In this document: positions 25,850-37,400 of the stretch, in pieces
How positions within the stretch are numbered: the first letter of the stretch is position 1
Layout: each line of letters starts with the position of its first letter
NCBI RefSeq assembly: GCF_964355755.1
Contig: NC_092673.1
Location: forward strand, 10,292,001 to 10,356,000
DNA from: Antedon mediterranea
Lineage: Eukaryota; Animalia; Echinodermata
Direction of reading: 5' to 3'
Length of the DNA stretch: 64,000 nucleotides
The notes under the pieces: generated by a model
The model's database searches: none
The model's input: only the letters and a program-made list of their open reading frames with translations
Told to the model about the DNA's origin: nothing
Made by a program: the position numbers and the translations under genes

Positions 25850-28672
25850 GTTTTGGTGACTATGATTTTCTAACCAAAATCTACGAAATCAATGGACCAA
25901 ACTGTAAGTAGTAAAAAAACATAATATAAAAAAACAATACATGTTTTTCTAACAAACAAAAAATAGAATGTGAAATAATATTAACAGTAAATTATATTTG
26001 TTTTAGGCCGGTATTGTTGCCTATTTTGTAAAAAATCCAAAGAGGAACAGCAAACAAAGTCTATTAATGAAGAGTGTAGGACACTGAGGTCATTGGCTGA
26101 AAACTTAAAGGCATTTGAGGAACATGGAGGGAAACAGGAAATGTCCAAGAATGTATCACTTAGTGTAATATGGGAGCCTATGATTGATATTGAAATTGAG
26201 CAAGTAAGTAATTTTTATCTTGTACTCTAAATACCAAGTAAATAATCTTAAATGTCGTAAGTATTTTTTTATAATTATCTTTACAGGTGTCCGTCCCTAC
26301 CCTCCATATCTCTTTAGGGATATTCAAAAAACTGTATGAGATGCTGGAAAGCGAATGGATGTTGCTATATTGATGGAAAGAAAAAATCATACAGAAGAAG
26401 ATGATTATGATGATGATCAAGCAAAATCAAAGTTTGATAAGTTAGTGAAGGCAGTGGCTATGAAGCAAGAAGGTATAATTTATTTATTCTCTCCTTTCGT
26501 TTTTATTTGTTGTCTTTCCTTGCTTTTTATATTTGTTTTGTCTTCTTTGTATTGTATATGGCAGAAAATTCAATAAATAAATAAAAATAAATTAAATTGT
26601 TTTTAATTCCAGAATTGGCAAGAGAAAAAGATCAACTTTTACTACAAATTGAGAAAATAGAAGACGATATCCCTTTATTGTATTTAAAAAATCAAAGTGG
26701 GGATGCTAAGGCAAAAATGTCTAAACAATTGCATGAACTAGTAAAGCTTCAAGATGAGTTGACAGAAACAGTACGTCAATATTTCATTCATAATTATATT
26801 GTTTGTTTTTACTTGTTACTTACCCTAAAAATCGATGCCTTAGAACCTCACATGGTTATTCTGTACCTATGAAAGCAAACATAATTACCTGCATAAGTAT
26901 TTTTCTATAGGAAAGGCAAATGGACGTACAACTGAAGTTTGGGACTGGTCCAATAGTAGCATCTATGGACCAGACACTCCAGTATCATGGTATTAAACGA
27001 CAGCCATTTCATGGGAAATCTTTTAATGGTAATCATGTGCACAAGGCACTAAAGGTATGCACATTAACTGTATGTAGAATTATGTATTTTAATTCTAATA
27101 CATAATAGTAGTAGGCCTCTTTATATACATGATCCTTATTTACATTACTACTACTATTACAATACTGTATTATAATTTTTTTTAAATAAAAGTCTGACGT
27201 CATAGATGATCTATGCAAGAACATTTCTAGAGTGGTCAGTATAGAGGCAGATCTCTTTTCAATTAGTAAGGGACAACTGATAATGGCGAAGGCAGCAGAG
27301 ATTGAAGTAAAATACACAAACTTACTCTCTAAATATTCAGCAGTACACAACAGTATCAACCATTGCCGGGTGTTAACAACCGATGACATTCAATCAATTG
27401 GTATGATTTTTCTTTATTTCAAACCACTATAGATGTATCAACTAGATTTGTTTACAAGTTGTAAAATTTTGGAACAAGAACAAAAGTAATCAATTATATT
27501 TAAAATAATTTGCGTTTATATTTATACAGATGAAAAAATAATGGCTTTTATGGACCACTTTCGCCAATACAATGAGAGAATATCACCTAAGCTCCATTTA
27601 CTTGAGGATCATGTGCTGCCATCAATTAAGAAGTGGGGAGTTGGGTTAGGACTGCTAGGAGAGCAGGGAGGAGAGTCCATACATGCCTCAATAAACAGAA
27701 GGAAACGGTCATTTTGGGGTATGCGTAATGAAAATTCAAGAACGACGTCTATTATGAAAGCGCATACCATGTCCACAGTCCCTGAAATATTCAAGGAGGT
27801 CGAACACCCAAAAAGCCGAAAGCAGCTGAAATTTAAATAAAATAGAAGGCAAAAATTAGTGAAAATCTCAGATAAAAACAGTAACCTTATTATATTGTCT
27901 ATACTATATTAATAATATACCTACTACATAATTGTCTAACTAGGCTAGGCCTGGAGGTCTATTATCTTAGTTAGTAGGCTATAATAATTGTAATAATATG
28001 GTTTATGACTAAAAGGCCTATCTATAACATGTTTTTATTATTATTGCATAAAAATTACAATAATAACATTATGTTAATATTTATACAAAGTCTCTTTATT
28101 GATCTTGAACTCCGTATTTACATTGCTGCTGGATTTGCCCTATGTTTAGGCCTAGACATGTGATATAGAGTGCTAGGCCGAAATACTAACCACGTGGATT
28201 ATATACCAATTTTGAGCTTCATTAAAAAAAAAATGGGACATAACACCAGCGTGATTTTTTTTCTAACAAATATAAATAGTATATAGTTATTATATTTGTT
28301 TGCATTTACTTCTTAAAAAATTAGGTTTTGATTTTATATGCGTGCAAAATTACACAAAAAAACCATCCTCAAAAACTGTTAAATATCTAAAAACTTACTC
28401 TCGAAATCGTTGGTTTACTAGACTGTCTTAAAATGGCCGTTTCGTTTAAAAGAGATCGTCACATGGTTCTACCATACCTTATCTTCAACTAAATATGAAT
28501 TATTCATGAGAAAAACAATTTGAAGGCTTCTCATTCGTTGATTAAAGATTACGGAAATAATGTTTTGAAAAAAACATCACTTCCGGTTACTATGCACGCT
28601 TCGCTGAGCAGATATTGAAGGTAGCAACCTATAGAGGGCGCATAACTTTTTTTTCCTGGTGAATTGAATGTG

Positions 28673-29377
28673 TTGTCGGCAGCTGGTGGAACTGAGAGGC
28701 GGCATGACGGAACAGGAGGCGACGTTCTGGTACACGTACATCAACTCGGATCCGAGGATCTGCAAAGCTCTCTCCTCGAAGCCGTCCGATCCCGTTTCCT
28801 TGTTGGATCGGTTCCGGACGTGCTCGGCGAACGGTTCACGAACCGGCTGAGGAACAACCTGAACCCGATTCCGGAGAAGAGAAAGTTTTACGTCGATGAC
28901 GTCGTCTACAAAGTCGATCAGAGGACCAGAGTCGAGTCGTTTGACAGTTTGGCGGTGGTGTTTTCCACTAAAAACCTTGTTCACTTACTCTACAGAGAAG
29001 AGGGCATCGTGGTGGGAGACTTGAAGGTTCGACGGTTACAGAACGAAAAAGGACAAGCGGCGAAAACCGCCTTCGTCGATCACGTGGAGCTCATGGTCGA
29101 CGCTCCCGATCTGCCGATGTCGTTCCTCACATCGGCGCTCGATCTGCTGTCGTTATTCGCAGAAACGGTCGTGTTTGCCACGTACAACGACCGGGAACGT
29201 CAGTCTCTGACCTCCATGTTTTTGGAACATCAACGCACCTCCAACGGAGACGTGCTGGTGAAGGTAGACAACAGCATCCGTAGGATCCAGGTTCTGAAAA
29301 AAGGTGTGAAAAACCACCCCGATTGCAACAGACGGCGAGGAAAAATACGATCCGTGCCATCTTTCAGGAAGTGTTAA
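28673..29377 (+). pseudogene. Orphan virus-like ORF, 5' end cut by the Chapaev terminus, probably frameshifted near 28845
   Basis: ORFs 28668-28850 and 28664-29377 overlap in different frames. No motif recognised. Confidence 0.45.
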
Positions 29378-29441
29378 AACCGGAGGTGCACCCGATTTCG
29401 CCCATACACTCGCCCCGGAAAGTAAAGGGCCCAGAACAATC

Positions 29442-30208
29442 ATGACGTACACAACCGTTCAATCCAGTTGCAACAGAGCGTCGATGAACTTCTTCCTGGT
29501 GAACGTGGTGTCTTCGCAAAACATCGCGTATCGATATCCGTACGACACGCGCGAGACGGCGCAATCCATCCACATGAGGGGCACGAAATTGCAAGACGAC
29601 ATGATAGAATTTCAATCGCCTCTGAAAAGAGGATCGACCGCGCTGTATTTCGTTTCCACAGGATCGACGAACATCACGACGAGGGGTAACTTCAACGTGA
29701 GAACGAAAACTTCGCTCAACTACCAACTGCAACAGGCGATAACTTGGAGAAAATACAAGAGCGTACCTATGCACATTTCGACAAACAACCTGAACCATGC
29801 AGGTAGGATGTACGGCGTGCTGGACGATCCGTCTGACGTAGTCGAACGACTTAAGCTTTTGGAATCTTTGACGGTCGACCGCAACGATCTGTTTCCGTCG
29901 GTCAAGTTCACCATCCCGTACCATGTGGACGGACGAGCGAGAAAGTTCCAGTTGTTTTCTCCTTCGCTTTGCTGCAACACTCAGTTTCAGACGGTCGCTT
30001 CTCTCAAGCAAACCGGTCGCACGTTCCTCGACATGATATTAAGGCACGTCGACAAATTCGATTCAGAACTGTCCCGAAAGTGCATTGCAGAGGAGCTGGA
30101 GGTGGCGAACCGTTAAACGATCGAACACTGCTGGAAATAAGTCCGTCGAACCGTCCGATCTGCTGCAAAAGGTCCGGTTGCAAACGCAAACGGTACGTCA
30201 CAAAGTGA
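29442..30208 (+). CDS. Divergent TATA-binding-protein-like protein (copy 1; C-terminal frameshift ~30100)
   Basis: Two TBP-like repeats: LVNVVSSQNI ~ LQNIVSTVNL, STALYFVSTG ~ TTALIFSSG, NDLFPSVKFTI ~ PELFPGLIYRM, KFQLFSPSLCCNT ~ VLLIFVSGKVVLT. Spacing and ~190-aa core length fit. Confidence 0.62.
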
Positions 30209-30671
30209 AAAACTTTTTGTTTTTTTTGTTTTTTCTGATTCTCCCGATGAGTTCTTACCTGTAAAAAACATTAAGATCAAGTATTTGGACTTTAGAAACT
30301 CTTCTTTGTACATGAGAAGACGACTGATCAAGGCATTTCAGAACTTTCAGAACGTTGGAAATGTTGCTGAACCTGTCGAGGTCGTGGACGAAGAAGAGTC
30401 CGAAGAGAAAAAAAAAAGAAGAAAGATTGTTTTACAAGTAATAACGGACTAAGGAATCATGCCAAAAATGCTGGCGATTCTTTCCCGACGGAGAAAAACG
30501 ACTCGAAATAGACAGGGGCAAAAAAAAAACCATTTTAGAAAACCAACTATAACTGATTAAATAGTAACATTTTACAGTATATTAATACAGAAATAGACTT
30601 GGAAGAAAAGAATAATATTTACAAAATTCAAAGAAAAGGAGAAAAGAAAGGGGAAAAAAAACAACACAAGA

Positions 30672-30894
30672 ATGAGCACAAACATATACATCGAAATGCC
30701 GGTCTTCCACGTGGAAAGGGTTCTGAAAGTGCTACGCCTTAAAAAAAGCAACACAGTGGCAACGACGGCGATGCGGATGAAAAAAACAAAAAAGACTTAT
30801 GCGAAGTGATCGACAAAATAGAGAGATTGATAGATTGCAAAGCAGAAAGTGAAAATACTTTATCTTCTAAATTTAAGAAAATGATGGTCGTTTG
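30672..30894 (+). pseudogene. Possible small orphan ORF (~74 aa) frameshifted in an A-run
   Basis: MSTNIYIEMPVFHVERVLKVLRLKK joins a downstream open frame (..DLCEVIDKIERLIDC..) if the A7 run is changed in length. Flanked by AT-rich spacers. Confidence 0.3.
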
Positions 30895-30995
30895 AAATAA
30901 AAGGAAATTGAAATTTATATACATATATGTGTTTTTTATTTATTTTTTTTTTTTTTTTTTTGTTGTTGTTGTTATGTTTCACAAGAATCTTTCTT

Positions 30996-32176
30996 ATGGA
31001 CTTGTTCAAAGAGAGACCGGTGTTGAAGTTGGGATTGCCTCAACCTGCCGTGCAGGTCAGGTGGTCAAAGATAATGACAGTCGACCCTAGACATTTCAAG
31101 TCGGACGACTACGACGACTACGACGACGACGGTGGCGGTGACGAGGGCAACGATTACGGAAGGCGTTATCTGACCGGTCGTCTCTGGTTGACTAGAATCG
31201 AAGATTACACAAACTACACGACGTTTTCCCGAACTCTACAGTCTCTGGACGATTGGAGCGTGTTTGTGAGAAGCGGCAACCCCTCTCCAACGTTCCAGTG
31301 GTACTTCGACGGAAGCCGTTACGGATCCGACAACCCTTACTTCGAGCTTCTGATTAGAATTGAGGCATCTGTGTCTGTCGTACAACAGATCGCTACCGTT
31401 GTGTCCGAAGAACGTCGCTTGCGCAGTCGAAACCTGCCTCGACAATTTGGCCGAGACGGAAGGTGGCGTAGGCAGAAGCGGCGTGCATTTGGGCCCGCCT
31501 CCGATGTTCGTCAGGCACGACAGACGACAGATCGGATGGCTTAACGCAGACTTCTTCTCTGCCCTTTTAACCATGGAAACCTCGCAACGACTGATGGTAG
31601 GTCTGGCCGATAGATCTTCCCGTCTTGTTTTCGAAGGATCGCAAACGACGGAAAGCATCCTGAATTTCGAGTTGGCGGAAGTGGAATTCTTCGAATTCGT
31701 CGAGGACGTCGTGGAAGAAGCAACGAACCCGAGACTGGTGGGCGTACGGAAAATATTTCAATTCCGTCTCGGCCAAATTCGTCCGTCCTCTGAGGCTACT
31801 CACCGAGGTCAAAGAAAGACACACCGCTTTCATGACGGACTCGGACGTGTTCCTGCCAAGCGTTTGGAAACGGTTGAGAGCGACCGGGACCACGTTGCCT
31901 TCTTGCATAACCGAATCGACCGTGTTGCACGAAACGGACAGGAAATGCAAGGAAAAGGTGATTTCGCTTTTTCTAGGAGAACACCTAGAGCCTGTCGAAG
32001 ACGATCTCGCCGTAGACGAAAACAAGATAAGAAGGGAGAGGTCGAAACGATGCATGAACGATGAGATCGACGAACGACCACCCAAATCTCTCGATTCGCC
32101 GTTTGTTTCAGGGAATCTACTGCTCGGCGTAAAAGATCTGGACGTGACCATGATTTGCGGATGCGCAATACTTTGA
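30996..32176 (+). pseudogene. Orphan virus-like gene (~390 aa) split by two frameshifts
   Basis: Overlapping ORFs 30927-31544, 31360-32064 and 31832-32176 tile one GC-rich segment bounded by AT spacers. Contains a (GACGACTAC)n DDY repeat. Confidence 0.5.
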
Positions 32177-34408
32177 CAAATTGACAAACAAAAGAATACA
32201 AGAAAAATTGTTAAACAATATTTTTGGTTTTTGTGTTTTTATTTCCTTCAACCATTTCTTTATTTCTTTTCTTTCAAAAGTAGACTTAAAACTATTTTTT
32301 ATTTATTTTTTATTTCTTGATTATTTTACGCTTCATCTTTTGCTGTGTAGTTCCATGCCTTTCCGCAGAATCGGTGTGCGTCGCAACCCAAAGCGTTTGT
32401 ACATCTTACGATGAATAATCTCCTCTCCCCGTTTTCGAGATCTACGCTTCGAAAGACCGGTTCGTTTTTTTCTAACCTGTCGCTCTTCTTCGGCGGTCGA
32501 CACCTTCACCGTGGAACAGCAACTGCCACTGAACACATTCCACCCTCCGCAGAGCTGCAGCTCCTTCCGGGGCAGTTGCGTCGGAATCTTTTCCAAAGTA
32601 TCTTTGATCTCCTTCAACCGATGCAATATGCTCGTTCGGCAGTCCCCTGCTTCCGCGTTCTAAACGATTACGCTCAAAACGTTGCTTTTGTCGAGTTCGC
32701 AAAATTGTTTCAGCTCTCGGATCAAGTGCTCAACTTCCACGGTCGGATGGATGCACGAATGCAACAGCGGATGATAGGAAACGCCTCCGTGTTTCAGGTG
32801 GTAAGGCGTCTGTCTGTAGCATCCGAGGGCGGCGCAACTCTTTTTGAATCTGTGAGAGTTCGTCTCGTTTTTGCCCTTTCGAACAACGTCCCGGACCTCG
32901 ATCGCTTCGTCGTCCTTCAGTTCGTTGACGACTCGACAAAATTCTTTTACGCAACGGTCGGCCGCCGTATTGCTATCTCCGATCCTCAGGGCTATGTCGA
33001 TCATGTTCTGTTCCCGTCGAGACGCGAATCTTTCGACGCCGGGCCTCGTCATCTCTGTGGTGCTCACCCTCCCGTCTGCATGGAGACACGCATACCTTTT
33101 CTTCTTGTCCGTCAGCAGCAAGCCGCAAAGCGTCTCCCTGTGTTTGAACCTTTGAAAGCTTCCTTCGCCCAAGACTCGGGCGAATTGCTCTTCCAGCTCC
33201 TGTCTCCCGCCTGGAACTATGTCCAAAAACAACGAGTCGGTGTCGCCGTACAGCACCCGAGCACCGTTTTCTTCGGCGCAATTTTTTAGCGCATTCAGTT
33301 GTTCCCTGCACTTTTCCGTCACGTGGTTGTAAAGGCTTTTCTTGCCAGACGTGCACAGACATCCGACGCTTGTTTGTACACGGCGGAGTTCTGGGGAGTG
33401 ATGTTTTTTTCTTCTCTAGCCGACACCAGTCTTTTCATGACGGACGGAAGCAGACCTTCGCGTACTTCGGCGTCGACGAAAGAGCCGTCTTCGAGAGCCG
33501 TCGACTCGTCCACGTTTTTGTCGATGATGAACCTCGGATAGCAAGACTGAAAGTCGTACAAGTCGACGTCTCTGTGAATGCCGGACACGGTGTCCAGCAC
33601 CAGGCCTCCTCTGCACGTTTCGTCTTCGTTGACGCTTCCTTTGGGCTTCGGGTCCGCATTGCTCCTCGGAAACACCACACGCTGACGCTGCGCTTCTCTG
33701 CACAGCACCGACGAAAGGACACCGGTCGACGATCCGTTGGGGAACCTTCCCACTATTCTGGACAAGTTCGTCTCGATTTCAACCAATTTTTTGGCTTCCA
33801 CCTCCGACACGTAGCGTTCCAGCACGCAAACGTCGTCGTCTAGCTTCTTCGCCGACAAGCTCGCCGCTAGCTCGTGACAAGATTCGTAACCGACGTAATC
33901 GTAGACGGAGTCGTTGTCGCCGCCCGCCGGCGACCGTACGTGTTTTGAAGTGTCCAAGCACACGGGGAACCCGTCTACGGCAAGGGGTACCTCGCACACC
34001 CGACATCTGGCGACGATGCTGTCCTTGACCCGACCACCGTGATACACGAACACGTCGGCAGATTCGATCGACTTTGCGATTTCCGACAGCGTGTCGATCT
34101 CCGCATTTTCGCCGTGCAGTCTCTTTCCGTCGGACAGCATCGCCGAAATTATTCGACCGTTCACGTCCCACCTGAGAACTACGCACAACACCGACAGTCG
34201 CACCGGGTGAACGTTCTGTCGTTCCAAGTGGATCTGCTCGTCGTACGTCAAGCCTTCGACGTTGCCGTCTTTGTCTTCGGAGTAACTGTGCCAAGCGCAT
34301 CCGTGAACCCCGACCGCGCACTGAGCGTCCAGGTCGCCCACGGACGAGGGGAGGTTGCCGAAGAGGTTGTCTACCTTGATGCCGTTCCTTTCGTCGGTCG
34401 TGAGCCTC

Positions 34409-37400
34409 CACACTCGATTCACCAGGGACAAAAAGTAGTGAGCCCTCTATCGGCAGCCAATCGTTTTTGCACACGAGACAGCGTGGACAATTACCCGGAA
34501 GCAACTTTGTTTTGAAAAGTAAATCTTAGGTTTTTGCAAACTGGCCAATTGGAACTTTTGGTTTTATTTACTAATGAATAATTCATGAAAACCTTTGACA
34601 AGGCATCTACGAACCACGTGATATTGTTTTTTAATCGACGAACCCATTATATTTGTGTGAAACAAGGGTGAATTACACCGATGTTTTTTAAACAATTTTA
34701 GGCCTATTCGAATGTTAAAATTTCGTCTAATTTGTTGAGGCTGTAATAAAATAACGCAATTTTTTGAGAAGGTAGGTTTTATAGTTTCTGAATATTTGAT
34801 TTTTCAATAGTAGTTAATAAAAAAATCTCGTTGGGGTTATTTTTTATTTTTTTTTTTAATGGCTGCTTAAACATGTGCCTTCTTGGGTATTTCACTATTG
34901 AAAATGGAACACATGGTTGTAGCTAAAATCATTTTTTACGCCATAAGATAAAAAATGTGGTTTTGTAAATTAATAAGGGCAACATATAATATATAGGAAA
35001 GCTGTTTTTAATCATAAAACTCTACAAAGCCTCTTTTTTTTATTTATAAATCAATATAGTCTAGGCCTAGTAGTAGTACAGTAGGAGAGCCAGGCTTTAG
35101 CCTATAGTGGGGTAGTGCGTGCATTTTTGGCGCGTGTTCATTGTCGGGCGCGCGTTGTTTATAGGCCTAAGAAAATAAGTAAAATATACAAATATAATTA
35201 AATAATGATTATTATTAATTGAATGTTGTTTTTTTTTACAGACCACAGAGGATTGTTCTACATACATCAATAGAAATAGCATTAAATCAACAACAATTTC
35301 TTATGAGTCATATTAATTTACCTCTGGCATATAATGTGAAAAAGCACTATTAATACTGTAATAGTGGATATCTATAGATGTATTGCCAAAAAGACATTTT
35401 ATTTTTTAAAAACTTTAACTTATCCTAATTTACTTATTTAAAGGTTCAAGTGGCGGTTGGTTGTTGTGCAGTAGTTTAATAAAGTTTAAATGTACATTTC
35501 AAATCGGCAAATAAATAATTTTAATAGGCCTACAGTACTACAGTAAAGAAAATCTTTTCGAAGATTAGGCTTAGTACAAAAGATGTTAGCTAAGTTGATG
35601 TAGAAAACTTGTCTGATTTTTAAGGTGAAATTTGTGATAATATTAAAAGTTAAAATGTTAATTGGTGTGTATTTGTATTTCATTTATTGCTCCATTATTA
35701 TAATAAAAAGCAGGGAACCATGAAATTTCATTTTAGCTCCGATAAAAAGTAAACATTTTCAGCATATACTGTACTTAAATTAATCATATGTTAGTGACAG
35801 GTGACATTAACAGATTTATTATGAGATTACTAGTAAGCCAACTAGTAGGTTTAGCTCTATTCATAAAAATAATGACATTATATACTGTACATTAATTAAT
35901 TAGCCTAGCTAGGCCTAACTAATTTACTGATTTTTCAGTTTTACCAAGACAACCGTTCAGGCATGCAGACAGTCCTCACTTCACACTAATCTTCATAATT
36001 TTAAGAAAAATGGAAGTTCAGCACTTTATTTTAAAATTTATAAGCCCATATTATAAGATTCTGCATCATCCACTTAACAAGAACTAAAATCGAGAGCCCA
36101 GTGATAGAGCGCATCTTCCGACGTTCTCGTCGCCTAAGGAAACGAGTATTCCAGCCCTGCCGCGTCTTCCTAGGCCTACGCGCACCGCACTTTCGCTCAA
36201 AATACACTATCTTCAACTCCTTATAGAATTTGTTTGAAAAATAACCCCAAGCTTATATTTGGAAATCTTTGAAAATGCATATAAGACTATATTATAGCGT
36301 TTTCAGAATTTCATTTAAAAATTGCAAATTAATGTTAGCTATTTTAACAGATTAGTTAGTTTTCACTTTTTTGTTTTCGCCGTATGACTCGCTTTGTTTA
36401 CGTTTACATTTGGCTTAGACGTTTATCTTAGAATTCGAATCAATTAATCCATAATCAACTCAGTGGGAAAGCCACTTCGCGTTTTGACCGTTAAATCGTG
36501 TAAAATCGACTTACTTCCGCATTGACGATTTTGAAGCGCCACCTATCGTTGAAAACTGAAACCACGATTTTTCGTCGCCTAGCAAATAAGTGCTGTTTTA
36601 TTTTAAGCTCTCATGAATATTTAAGAACCGCCCAACATTACTTATTATGGTAAAAGCATTTCCTAATAAGTATAATTGAATAACCAATCGGTTTCCTTCA
36701 AAGAAACCGAAGCTAATACAATACATTCGGCGACTGAAGTCGGGACTCGTGAAATTTATAAATGTGGTACGATTTGACTACTGTTTTGTTGTCCATTTTC
36801 TGAATAGTCGGAGGTGCATCCCAACAAATTAAAACAATTATAATCAATTGTTTTATCAAGAATAATATTAGTTTAATCGAGTATGATATATTTCTATCCT
36901 GTTCAAAATTTGTTGGTGTATTCTCAGGCCTCGAAAGGTAGGTACATTTTCTAGCTGTGAGCGTGGTTTCGGCAACGCGAGACACGTGTGTCAGTATAGG
37001 CGATAGCGAGACGTGTGTTGTACTGTGTTGATGCTGATCCGATAGTCGTTAAGTTGTACTGATTACGAGTATCATTGGTCCTGGCCGGCCTAGCCTGGTG
37101 ATCTGATCCCCCCCAAAAAATACTTTTTTTCAATCAGTATTAATATTATTATTTTATTTTTCATTTATTATTTGATTTATTAGGCTCAATAGGTGCCTAG
37201 CTAGGCTACTAGTAGGCCTAGATTATTATAAATAATAATAGCAAATACTGTAATATTAATTAATAAAATACAGCTTCCATTTGACATTAACAATTTTTTT
37301 AAATAATATTTATTATATTTCTGACACTTTCAGGAATCGTTGATGATGCAGAGTTCTTTGTCTTTGTGACTTCAAACTGAGAGTGAACTGGATAAAAAGA

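Larger units (their letters stand above)
18347..27840 (+). pseudogene. Intron-containing Chapaev/Transib-RAG1-like DDE transposase, 5'-truncated and disrupted
   Basis: GT-AG exons encode WLKFGGDHGGESFK, FGDYDFL, YCCLFC, LHISLG, FHGKSFNGNHVHK, PKLHLLEDH and GEQGGESIH. The RTE insertion hits the GDY motif; a frameshift lies near 26355. Confidence 0.75.
18291..28672 (+). mobile_element. Chapaev-type (CMC) DNA transposon, right half, copy 1 (with nested Tx1 and RTE insertions)
   Basis: Spliced DDE transposase exons followed by a terminus ...CCTGGTGAATTGAATGTG at 28672. The reverse complement of this end resembles the end of the CAC...GTG, 4-bp-TSD element at 34409. Left end missing (abuts satellite). 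Confidence 0.7.

Noticed and set aside
29442-30208. Functional link between the viral TBP-like protein and the Pol III-box satellite
   Set aside because: Tempting because TBP is part of TFIIIB, but only proximity supports it, and the block appears to be a passively captured, decaying fragment.
33319-33370. Programmed frameshift or naturally split polymerase at motif B
   Set aside because: The break removes the conserved N(S)xYG residues between YKQA and GCL, and there is no slippery site. It is best explained as a small deletion that predates the duplication.
28577-34515. Many long antisense or overlapping ORFs (e.g. 32411-33289, 29364-30011, 33779-34504)
   Set aside because: Shadow frames of GC-rich coding DNA. 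The recognisable motifs are on the opposite strand or in another frame.
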